From the IMG/VR virus record IMGVR_UViG_3300046820_000364, positions 1 to 32,657 of that record: a stretch of DNA of 32,657 nucleotides; one strand, written 5' to 3'. Shown here piece by piece: positions 9,711 to 19,300 of the stretch. Position 1 is the stretch's first letter; each line of letters starts with the position of its first letter. A program made the position numbers and the translations under genes. The notes below the pieces were generated by a model. That model saw only the letters and a list, made by a program, of their open reading frames with translations, was not told the origin of the DNA and ran no database searches. This stretch comes from a virus. Taxonomy: Duplodnaviria > Caudoviricetes.

Positions 9711-10154
9711 TTATTCTACTGTGACCGTCCAAGTGATTGTCATCGAGTCACCTGCAGCCTTGTTGATAACTGCAAACTCGGTGCGGCAAAGCATTGTGCC
9801 ACCAGTCGAATTATTGAAAATACCTGCTTCTGTAACGGCGCCTGTGCCGGTGCCAGCTGGGAATGTAGCAACATATTCTACAGAGTTACTGGTAACAGTT
9901 GTAGAAAGCAGAGATACGCGACCAAGTTGTGTTTGTAGGGTAGTGTCGCCTGCGGCCGGATCGTTTGTACCCGAACCAATTGCCATGTGTGACATTGCTG
10001 TTGCAGAGGTGTCCTTCATGCGCGAAGCGATGTAGTCTAGACCTGTGTCAACAACAAGGTTAGTTACGTTTAGTTCTTGCTTAAGGTTGCCAGCATTGTC
10101 ATTGACAACGATAGACAGCTTACCTGTAGCTGAAAAGAAATCCTTATTTCTCAT
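9711..10154 (-). CDS. Putative tail-fibre collar-like virion protein
   Basis: 147 aa; 'NLVVDTG..YIASRM', 'SHMAIGSG...DTTL', 'TEAGIFN...GTMLCR...ITWTVTV' resemble tail-collar/fibre N-terminal domains; upstream GAAGG Shine-Dalgarno-like site. Confidence 0.6.
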   Translation of the reverse strand: MRNKDFFSATGKLSIVVNDNAGNLKQELNVTNLVVDTGLDYIASRMKDTSATAMSHMAIGSGTNDPAAGDTTLQTQLGRVSLLSTTVTSNSVEYVATFPAGTGTGAVTEAGIFNNSTGGTMLCRTEFAVINKAAGDSMTITWTVTVE

Positions 10155-10177
10155 GAGTATTATACCTTCTTCTTGTG

Positions 10178-13100
10178 TTAAATAGAATTGTTACTTCCAA
10201 CGTAATCGCCTGCTTCATAAGCGCCAGAAGTGTAATCATATGACCAGTAGTCTTGTGTATTTATATTGCCCGTTTCACTCGCGGTGGAAGTTTCTACTAG
10301 ATTTTTACCAATAGTAGCTGAAACATCTTCCATGATATGCATGGTGTCTAAAGCAAATTTACCAGGAACATCCATTTCGAGATTTTCATTGACACCGTTC
10401 GGCAAACTATCACTAGAAATCTTACTTACCGAAGTCGAATTATTGTCAAAGACGGAAACGCCATCAGTTATTGTTTTTGTAAATGACGTTTCTAGAACAT
10501 CGGTGACTATAGGGTCATCATTTGGTATTGTATATATAGGATTGATTGAGTTGATAGTCTCGGTCGCAGTTACAGTATCATTAATTGTCTTGGTGATTAC
10601 CATATATGGTATACTATCACCCGAAGCAACTGTTTCTGTTAGACCCTTCGCAACTTCGATTGATGCATTATCAATAGCGGATAGAATGATATCCGCATCT
10701 GTGATATAATCTTCTGCAAAATAATCGCCCAGGATATATGGTGCCGCGGTGTCAATCGTTTTATCAAGATATTTGTAGAAGTGGGATGTAGAACTGTCTG
10801 ACATACCCATTATGGATTCACTGACGGTTCTCATGAAACCAAAATAGATATCGTCTGTGGTAAGTGGTATATCAACCAGAGTTTTACCGAAATCGATGGT
10901 ATCAATAATATCACCGGTTACTGTAGTATCTACTACTCCCTTACCGACATCATTGATGACTTGTTCTGTGAATCCGTTGCTGGTATCCGATAAGGTTTTA
11001 TCGACATGTGATACATGTTCATCGGTAACAAGATATAGATCATCAAGTATTTTAATAAATTCTACTGCAATATCATAATCTATACCCAGAGTTTCGACTG
11101 TATGAACAATTTCAGTTGGGAATTCATAGAAGTGAATTGGCTGACGGTCAATTTCAAATGCTGCACCTAGCTCTAGCGTGCTACCGAGCAATAGTTCGCT
11201 GAATACGGCCATACCCGCTGGGTGAACGGTGTTTTTCACCATAGTCATCCAGTTAACAGATGGCACCTTTGAGCGAAGAACATATGAGTAATTCTGGTAA
11301 TAGTAATTGTCTTGAAGTTTATTAACATCCGACAACATACCTTGACGATTCTGGAATCCTTCTTGTATCGAAGTTATTGCTCCAGTGGTGAAGCTAAGAA
11401 CACAATCTGAACCCGATGGCGATGTTATCGTAGCCGTAAATGTTTGTGCCTCAAACCCACTACCACTAGAGAAGATTCTTACCTTTGTAGGTCTTCCCTG
11501 TGCATCGACGCTATCGATAATAACACTAGCTCTATTGTCTACACCAAACTGGACATAATCACCAGCAAAATAATTTAGAGAGGTATCTGGGAAACTGAAT
11601 ACATATTGACCAGTCGAACCGCTTTCGGAAATCGAGTATACTTCGCCTTGTAAGAAGCCATAATTAGGTGTGCCCGTGACACTTACAATACCTACGGTAT
11701 CTGTAATACTACGAGAAACATATCCATACTTATTTGTAAGCGCATCTATATAAACAAAAGAACGTATCGTATCTGTGCTAAACGATACAATTGTGGATTC
11801 TTCTGTATATCCTGTACCACCGGTTAACATCGAAACATATTCAACGCCACCGGTATCATTTAGGTGAGCTTCTGCGGTTGCTCCTGTAGCTCCGATATCA
11901 GAAATAAACGTGACTGCTGGAATTGCATTATAGCCACTACCGGCGGCATCCATGGCATCGATGAAACGCTGTTCGTCACCAGTACCAGCCGAGGTGAAAT
12001 TGATAAAGTATTCTTTAGATAACACATGATAATCACCGACTCCCGCGTTGGTGAGATCTAATTCATTATATGATGTAATAGTTACATAGTCTTCCGCGAA
12101 ATAGGTATCATCTAAACAATACCTAGGGTCACTATCAATTAGAGATTCCGCAAGTTTGATGGTATTGTTATCAATTTTAATAACATAATAAACTCCAGAA
12201 TCGTCTAGTCCTCCAATTGCGGTAGTATCTGCACGATATATAATCATGTCGCCGGTGTTATAACCATGTGCTGGGATGGTTATAGTATTATTCGAAATAT
12301 TTACGTTGCTGCTTTTAACAAAAGTCTTTGTAGGAACTTGTTGTAATGCAATTTTGTCGCGATACAATCTGAAATATCTACTATCGATTACTTTAACAAA
12401 ATATTGTCTGTATGGAACTAATCCGCCAATTGCCGAACCTTCCATCGGATCGTAGATGACACAATCGCCAGTCATGAATCCGTGGTCTGGAATATAAAAT
12501 CTAGCGTATATGTCAAAGTTGTCAGCGGGGTCAAAAACTCTAGCATGAACCGCGGGATCGCCAGTAATAGCTTTTATTTCGCCATCTACCACCAGTGGTC
12601 TAGCATTTGCTCCTGCGCCAGGAAGAATGACACTATCATTTTCTTGATGCTTAATATAAAGTTCATATGTCGGAACAGTAGAATATGCTAACCTAGTTAC
12701 TTCATCAACAGTAATATCATGCGTCTCAAAGGTCGCGACACTACCAATATTAATATAAGAATATATTTTAGCCTTTTTACCCTTTAGATTGAAGGGGTCA
12801 AGCGAAATTGTATCATCTGTCGTGATACGCATCTTTTCGCGATTTATCCATATACCATCGGATGGCTTCAATACATAAGTTGACGGATAGATGATATCAA
12901 CATGTTCGTTGAAGAAAGTTTTGAAGATGAATAGGATACTTTCTTCCGACCCCTTCGCTTCATAAAACTCTCTAATAAATTTTATAAGGCGGCGATCCTC
13001 CACCAGAGAATCCTGTGGAAACATCTGGAGATATTGCGCTCGAAACGATGGTAGAAATTCATCTAAGGTATTATTGATATCCGAAAACGAAGCAGCATTC

Positions 13101-13246
13101 AATAGGACATTATTTACCTCTCCGTCCTGATCTAGAAACTCATAGTATTTTTCTAGAAAAAGAACGAATTGAGGAAATTCGGCTCTGACATAATCTGGAA
13201 CTTGATTTGCAATCAAATATGCCAGAGAATTTTTGAAATCCGACAT
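10178..13246 (-). CDS. gp7: Baseplate wedge initiator gp7-like protein with inserted domains and C-terminal repeat extension
   Basis: N-terminus 'LIANQVPDYVRAEFPQFVLFLEKYYEFL', 'IKFIREFYEAKGSEESI..IFK..F', and 'KLQDNYYYQNYSYVLRS....W...VK..VHPAG..VF'; lies between gp6 and gp8. Confidence 0.8.
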   Translation of the reverse strand: MSDFKNSLAYLIANQVPDYVRAEFPQFVLFLEKYYEFLDQDGEVNNVLLNAASFSDINNTLDEFLPSFRAQYLQMFPQDSLVEDRRLIKFIREFYEAKGSEESILFIFKTFFNEHVDIIYPSTYVLKPSDGIWINREKMRITTDDTISLDPFNLKGKKAKIYSYINIGSVATFETHDITVDEVTRLAYSTVPTYELYIKHQENDSVILPGAGANARPLVVDGEIKAITGDPAVHARVFDPADNFDIYARFYIPDHGFMTGDCVIYDPMEGSAIGGLVPYRQYFVKVIDSRYFRLYRDKIALQQVPTKTFVKSSNVNISNNTITIPAHGYNTGDMIIYRADTTAIGGLDDSGVYYVIKIDNNTIKLAESLIDSDPRYCLDDTYFAEDYVTITSYNELDLTNAGVGDYHVLSKEYFINFTSAGTGDEQRFIDAMDAAGSGYNAIPAVTFISDIGATGATAEAHLNDTGGVEYVSMLTGGTGYTEESTIVSFSTDTIRSFVYIDALTNKYGYVSRSITDTVGIVSVTGTPNYGFLQGEVYSISESGSTGQYVFSFPDTSLNYFAGDYVQFGVDNRASVIIDSVDAQGRPTKVRIFSSGSGFEAQTFTATITSPSGSDCVLSFTTGAITSIQEGFQNRQGMLSDVNKLQDNYYYQNYSYVLRSKVPSVNWMTMVKNTVHPAGMAVFSELLLGSTLELGAAFEIDRQPIHFYEFPTEIVHTVETLGIDYDIAVEFIKILDDLYLVTDEHVSHVDKTLSDTSNGFTEQVINDVGKGVVDTTVTGDIIDTIDFGKTLVDIPLTTDDIYFGFMRTVSESIMGMSDSSTSHFYKYLDKTIDTAAPYILGDYFAEDYITDADIILSAIDNASIEVAKGLTETVASGDSIPYMVITKTINDTVTATETINSINPIYTIPNDDPIVTDVLETSFTKTITDGVSVFDNNSTSVSKISSDSLPNGVNENLEMDVPGKFALDTMHIMEDVSATIGKNLVETSTASETGNINTQDYWSYDYTSGAYEAGDYVGSNNSI
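10258..10265 (-). promoter_or_regulatory. T4-type late promoter TATAAATA inside the gp7 3' end, serving the 147-aa gene
   Basis: Plus strand TATTTATA at 10258-10265 is a perfect minus-strand TATAAATA about 100 nt upstream of the ATG at 10154. Confidence 0.6.
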
Positions 13247-13249
13247 GTA

Positions 13250-15109
13250 TTAAGTTCCGATTATATTGATTGTTGTGCCAGAGATATAATTACGTTCAGC
13301 CACTTTGGTAGAGTTGTCTTGTGCTAACACCAAACTACTATTTACCGCAGGGGTGGTTGCAAATGTGTATCTCTCGTTTTCATTCACTGGCACAAGAATT
13401 ACATCTGGTGATGAACTCTGCGGTTTAATGTAAACTCTTAGATACAAATCATTAACAACAGATGAAATATACAAACTAGGAATACTAATTTTACCAGTTG
13501 TGTAATCAATTGTTCCTACGCCAGATGATAATAGAACATCTGTGTCCGCATATAAATCTAAATTACCAACCGTTAAATCTTCTGTATAACTATCACGTAG
13601 ATAACAGTTGACAGATTTACCAGAAGCAAGTGTTGTGGTGAATGTATTTGACCTTACTGTGTTAGGAGCAATGGCAGTATTGTAATTAAATACAATTCTA
13701 TTGTTTTCTTCCGCAAATGGCTCAAATGCGCGATGTAGACTTAATTCGATGTTGGTAGAATAAATCGACGGAGATACCGAATTAAGTAGTTCTAGTAGTT
13801 CCGAATAATAAAAATTCTTCTTAACCTTTGATGTCGTGTTGATAAAGTAACTAGACAAATAGCTTCTCATCGTGTCTTCTATTGTAGCCGCACTGGCCGA
13901 TGTGGATTTTTTGAGATATCTTGATGTAATATTAAAGCTAATATAAAGATACGTCGGGTCAACAAATACCGGTTGAATTCCCACTACGCCTCTAGGCTTA
14001 ATAATATCACGGGCAATCGCTGTCTTATCCGTTTCTGTGATGATGCTATTTGGTAGCGGCTCAATCGAAACAAACACTCTGCCATAGATCGGAGGGTCAT
14101 TATCTTCGCCACCCCATACAGTGATAGAGTTGATATTTCCGTATTGGCTCTCAATCAATGCCGTATAATCATCGGTAGTTACCGCTCTATTCTTTGTCGC
14201 ATTGAATTTAGGTGCGATGAAACGAATAGAATCTGTTGTCTGTGCATCTGCGCCGCCATATGACCGGGTGCCGGAGACAGTAACAGTTTCACCTGTTCCA
14301 GTTATAACATTTTTTGTTGCAACTCCGCTAATACCATTTGCTAAAATGCCAGCACTTACCATGTATTCCACGGTAACAATATTACCCTGCACCAAGGCCT
14401 GACCTAGAACATTATCGCCAAATCTAATTTCAGTTGTTCCGTATGAATTTTCTTCGACGAAAAATACTCGCGATTCTTCTGTAACAGATAAGATGTTTTC
14501 GCTCTTAGTAAATGTGGTGTATTCTAATTCGGAAGATGACTTTTGAATTTGAACTTTGATTGTGGACGTATCGACGTTTCCGTTTAGAAGTTCAAACGGT
14601 CCAGATACCGTATCAGATGCAACGACAAAACTATTCGTAGTAGGCTTACCTTCAACTAGGGTCACATTGAATGTGAACACTCCGTCACTTTTCTGTGCGG
14701 TAACATCTTGAGTAGAATAAAAAACATAACTGCCACCATCTAATCCGGCGCCAGAAAATCCTATAGACTTACTTAGTGTTAACGTATTATTAGTGTATGA
14801 TGGTGCGGGTGTGATGGTAATAGTTGCATCTATCTTAGAAGATATGATAGAACGTGGAGTATAACCTAAAGACTTGGCAATCGATACAACTGAACCACGC
14901 TTAATTGCGCTATCGATGAACATTTCATTCGAAAGTAAATGTGCAAGAGTAGCATTATAGTGAGTGTTGTATGCCAGCAAATCTATCAATACAGACAAAC
15001 CCGAACCATCAAAGTTGTAGTCCGAAAATTCTTGTTGGGCTTCGAGATAAGTTTTTAGATTTTGTCTGATGCCGAAGAAATCTAGTTCGGTGACATTTAA
15101 TTGTGCCAT
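13250..15109 (-). CDS. gp6: Baseplate wedge subunit gp6
   Basis: 'ELDFFGIRQNLKTYL...EFSDYNFDGSGLSVLIDLLAYNTHY', 'EMFIDSA..RGSVVSIAK.LGY.PRS', 'FGD..LG', 'NRAVT..DY', 'VWGGEDN.PP.YG.VF'. Confidence 0.93.
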   Translation of the reverse strand: MAQLNVTELDFFGIRQNLKTYLEAQQEFSDYNFDGSGLSVLIDLLAYNTHYNATLAHLLSNEMFIDSAIKRGSVVSIAKSLGYTPRSIISSKIDATITITPAPSYTNNTLTLSKSIGFSGAGLDGGSYVFYSTQDVTAQKSDGVFTFNVTLVEGKPTTNSFVVASDTVSGPFELLNGNVDTSTIKVQIQKSSSELEYTTFTKSENILSVTEESRVFFVEENSYGTTEIRFGDNVLGQALVQGNIVTVEYMVSAGILANGISGVATKNVITGTGETVTVSGTRSYGGADAQTTDSIRFIAPKFNATKNRAVTTDDYTALIESQYGNINSITVWGGEDNDPPIYGRVFVSIEPLPNSIITETDKTAIARDIIKPRGVVGIQPVFVDPTYLYISFNITSRYLKKSTSASAATIEDTMRSYLSSYFINTTSKVKKNFYYSELLELLNSVSPSIYSTNIELSLHRAFEPFAEENNRIVFNYNTAIAPNTVRSNTFTTTLASGKSVNCYLRDSYTEDLTVGNLDLYADTDVLLSSGVGTIDYTTGKISIPSLYISSVVNDLYLRVYIKPQSSSPDVILVPVNENERYTFATTPAVNSSLVLAQDNSTKVAERNYISGTTINIIGT

Positions 15110-15110
15110 A

Positions 15111-15509
15111 TTATCTACTTCTTCTTAGAATGGTTGAAAATGTTACTGGTCCTTCGACGCCTATTACTTGAAAAGTTAAATCAACTCTAAATGCATTTAA
15201 ATCATATTCTGGAATTACTTCAATATTTTGCGTCAATACTCTAGGCTCATACTTAGATATTAAAAGTTCCAACTCTAATTGTAATCTATTGGCAGATATC
15301 ACATCGATATTATCGAATAGCATAGCATAGATAGGAGAACCTAATTTTGGTTGAAAAGGTCTCTCATAAAATCTGGTCAGGATAAGAGTTTTAAGGGACT
15401 GCTTTACTGCATTAACATCATATTTTTTTGCCAGGTCCCCCGTCACAGGATTAGCTGCGAATGAAAGATCGAAGTCCGAATATATTCTGTTTAATAGTTT
15501 AGTAGCCAT
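15111..15509 (-). CDS. gp25: Baseplate wedge subunit gp25 (sheath initiator)
   Basis: 'YSDFDLSF..NPVTGD', 'NAVKQSLK.LILT...ERPFQP.LGS....LF', 'YEPRV'; immediately upstream of gp6. Confidence 0.93.
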   Translation of the reverse strand: MATKLLNRIYSDFDLSFAANPVTGDLAKKYDVNAVKQSLKTLILTRFYERPFQPKLGSPIYAMLFDNIDVISANRLQLELELLISKYEPRVLTQNIEVIPEYDLNAFRVDLTFQVIGVEGPVTFSTILRRSR

Positions 15510-15514
15510 AAGTG

Positions 15515-15522
15515 TATTTATA
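15515..15522 (-). promoter_or_regulatory. T4-type late promoter TATAAATA upstream of gp25
   Basis: Minus strand reads TATAAATA-CACTT-ATG in the short intergenic gap. Confidence 0.75.
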
Positions 15523-15532
15523 CGAAAAGTTA

Positions 15533-16318
15533 TTATCTAAGACCAGGCATTTGATCAAATTGTCCTATTCTACCATAACCTTTGTCCTTATAAAAACTTT
15601 GTGCCTGATTTCTAACTTCTAACGTTGCCGGTCTTCTAAGTCCCACATGCAACCATGTGCCCTTACATCTACCAGGGGCATATTCATACAGTAATTGGTC
15701 GTATGGTATTCCCAATCTGGCAACATCATTTGCAACACTGATTAATGAACCCATGGATTTACCATGAGCCGCGAACTGCATATCGGCTGCCCAACCAACA
15801 TTATGTGAAGAGCCGTTACTATCACCTCTAAATGTAGAAGTTATCAAAACATTTCTGTAGCGGTGCTTAATAGGATCTAAGCAAAGAACACATAAGTCTC
15901 GGAGATTTTGCACTATTTGATATGCTGTCCATCTTCTTCCACCTGCAGTTTTGCCGCCCATAGGAATTCCTGGTGCACCAAGTGCCGGATGAAGAACATC
16001 ATGCAATGTAAAATAGTGAGATAACCTAATGCTTCTAGCTGCATTATTAAAGTTGATATTTGTAGGTATTGCTGGCAACGGCTGATTTGTAATATATTCT
16101 TTGTTCGTAGGTTTCAATCCAGCCGCAGGCGGAACAGGTGTGCCCGGAGCAGTTGATGCTGGAGAACCCCCTTCCCCATCGACGAAACTTGGACTGCCGT
16201 CACCCAAATCACACGGATTAGTGCTGCTTTCTGTAGTTGGTGGCGTTTCCGCTGGCGTAGGATTTTCGCCAGTAGAAGTATTTGCAGTGGGTGGATTACT
16301 ATTCGTAGTGTCTGTCAT
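15533..16318 (-). CDS. Peptidase M15A-like Zn peptidoglycan peptidase with Pro/Thr-rich N-terminal linker
   Basis: 'IRLSHYFTL', 'LDPIK......ITSTFR', 'SSHNVGWAAD' (S.H..G.A.D Zn ligands), 'YDQLLYE', 'WLHVG' (third Zn ligand). Confidence 0.85.
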   Translation of the reverse strand: MTDTTNSNPPTANTSTGENPTPAETPPTTESSTNPCDLGDGSPSFVDGEGGSPASTAPGTPVPPAAGLKPTNKEYITNQPLPAIPTNINFNNAARSIRLSHYFTLHDVLHPALGAPGIPMGGKTAGGRRWTAYQIVQNLRDLCVLCLDPIKHRYRNVLITSTFRGDSNGSSHNVGWAADMQFAAHGKSMGSLISVANDVARLGIPYDQLLYEYAPGRCKGTWLHVGLRRPATLEVRNQAQSFYKDKGYGRIGQFDQMPGLR

Positions 16319-16322
16319 GTTT

Positions 16323-19300
16323 TTATCCGTGTGTTACTGGATTTTCTTTTTCGAAATCTCTAACATCAAACTGGCCGCCGCCGGCAGAGTTGATCGGTAA
16401 GCTATTTCCGCCTGCTCCGTTGGTCTGATTACCGCTTATACCTGCGACAATCGGAGATGCTGAGACTGATACAGGCTTCTCGACTGGAATTGGATTAGCC
16501 AGCGTGGCAATCTTTGCTCCAGTTGCTTCGCTTGCCGGGTCAGCCGAGTTAGCATTACCAGCAGTTGCGGCAGTTGCTGCGGATCCAGGTGAAACAGGAC
16601 TTGCACTACCCTTGATATTTGTCGTATCATCAGGCGCGTTATGAGTTCCCTTAAGGTTAGTAGTAGCAGCATTTAGCGTAGAAACGTCAATTGTCGGCGC
16701 ACTAAACTTAGAAGAAGCAACTTCTGGTGCCTTAAGATTGATGTTACCTGCGCCCTCAACATTCACCGCTGCTCCTGATTTGATGCTTGTAGCGGCGGCG
16801 GATTCGGCATTAATCGCCGCGCCCGACTTGATGTTGGTTGCAGCCGCGGAGTTGACATTCACTGCATTGCCAGACTTAACGTTAATCGAATCTGTTGCTT
16901 GTGCATTGATGACATTTGCCGTCTTAATGTTGGTCGACGCAATAGATTCCGTATTGAATGACCCAGCAGCCTTGATATTAGTGTTACCCAGAGACTCTAT
17001 ATTAGTATGAGTGCCAGACTTACTATCGATAGTCTCGGCGGCCTTATTGAGAATTGAGCCGTCTGTGTCTTGATTGATATTACCAACGGACGTATGATAA
17101 GAAACACCTGCTACCTTAACATGATAGTCGCCCTTAGACGTTACCTTATAACCACTGGCAGTCAAGTTATGTGTTCCGTCAATGGTAGAATTAAAGTTGC
17201 CTGCCCCGTGAATTTGCATATCGCCCTTGTTATCGTGCGAGAATACGCCATCGTTGCGAATGAAGATACCACCCCCAACTGATAAGCCAAAGTGACCTGC
17301 AACGTTTAGATTGAAGTCGTTATGGACATCCATATTAACTTTGCCATTCATAGTAAGATTAGCATCACCCATAATCATAACATTACATTCGCCAGCAACG
17401 TGAACGTTAGCTCTACCTTCGATGAGGATATAACCATTACTGTCGATGATTGTGTAGTTATCACCAACAATTCTAGTTACTTGGGTGCCGTTAGGTCCAA
17501 TTTCTTGGAATGTACCCGACTTATGGGCAGTGTGAATTCTTTCTGCGCCCGGTGTGTCATCAATTTCTGTAACGTGACCTGATTCCGATGCTGTAACTTT
17601 ATTGTAAGGATATCTTGCTGCATACGGAGTTTCTGGCTGCGACCACGACCCACCGTGTCTACCCGCTTTGGGAACGTCTTTCTTACGCACAGCATTCTTT
17701 GCGGCAGGCGAAGAACCTATACCCAGAGTTTCTTGTTTTGCACCCTGTGAGGCTGGGTCATTTTGAATATGAGGAGAGTTTACACCTACAGCTAGTGGAT
17801 TGATATCTGGTTTACCACCAAGACTTGCTTTTGGATATTGTCCTAGAGGATCGCCAAAACCATTGTTTGTAGGATTAGATACCGGAATACTAGCCACATT
17901 GGGCGGGGCCTGCGTCACTGTTTGATTAGGGTCATCATGTGCTGGATGTTGGATAGAATCCGGAACAGGAGGATTAGTGCTTGGTGCAGGAGAAGCAATC
18001 GGAGGAGCAACTCTCGTCACTTCTTTTTGTGAAGTCGCAAAACCCTTTTGGTCTTCTACGATTGTAGTCCTGACAATTGAACCATCGCCGTATTTTTCGG
18101 TAACCACAGTTGTGGTAGAACCATCTTCGCCCGCTTTACTTGCACCCTGTGAAGCTACCGGAGTATTATTCGAAAATGTCTTCTTGACTTTTTCTAGATT
18201 TGAAGTATATTCGCCTATAATTCCTGCCTTAGCAGATGCTAAATCTGTCGATACTGGAGTATCTGGTCCAAGAGGAGGATTATTAGTATCTCTAACCCAC
18301 TTATTATAGTTAAAGATAATGTTTTTTTGTTCTCTCTTTAGAGCATTAAGAACATCAAGCCATGCTTCTGCGGTAGGAAGATCCCATTTAGCAGTCGACC
18401 CAGTTGGGTCTGCGATAACTTCTTGATTTAATTCTACAATGTCTCGCTGCGTATATTCAATTTCGCGAGTTAATTGAGCATCAATACTTTCTGTACCCTC
18501 AGGTCTGTTGAGAGGTATAATGTATTTTGTTCTATCTGCTTGATAGTTTATCGGTTTTAATCCATCGACCTTTATTGCATGGTCACTCATAAAAGGAATA
18601 ACTGTAGCAATTATCGGAATCTCTGTCAATGGCAGCGCACCGCTATTTTGCGGATAAAGAGCATTTCCAATATTCTGTTCAAAAGTTTTAGGAACTCTTG
18701 GTGTATAATTATTGATACGCTCTTGCTTAATTGCACCATCTATGGCTGCAATCAATGTTTCATATTGTGGAGTTTTAGTATCTGTCTTATCAATTAAGTT
18801 TACAGACGCAATTGGTGAACCCTTAGCAGATATCGTAACAACGCCATTAGATGCTGTCCATTGATATGAGACTTCTACCGAACCATATGGAGACTTTATC
18901 GGATTGGGGTCAACAGGCGGTGAAGAAGCCTGCGTTGGTCCTCCTACTGCCGCTGCAATTTGCGTAGACGGTAGCGCAGGAACTGCATCCGCAGATGCCG
19001 CGCCTGTTTGAGGAGTTGGAGGCACAGAAGCAGGTGATACCGGCAAGAACGACGAGACAATTTGCCCTTCTGCTGGCTTTTCAGTAGTGGTCGGTGAAGA
19101 ACCGCCCAACATTCCCGTAACGTTTGATGCCGCGTTTGACAGTGCATTTGTAACGTTGCCTGTTGCCGAGTTAAGGGCTCCTTGTGAGTTGCCAGCTATA
19201 CCAGAAACTGCATCGGTTGCCGCGGATGCGGAACCAGTTACGTTTGATACCGCAGATGCACCGAGTGCAGCGGCCGCACTTGCCGGATCCGCTGCACCCG

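Noticed and set aside
16310-16345. Readthrough or frameshift joining the 1743-aa ORF to the M15 peptidase
   Set aside because: The 4-nt gap is out of frame and the peptidase frame has a stop a few codons upstream of its ATG; no slippery site seen
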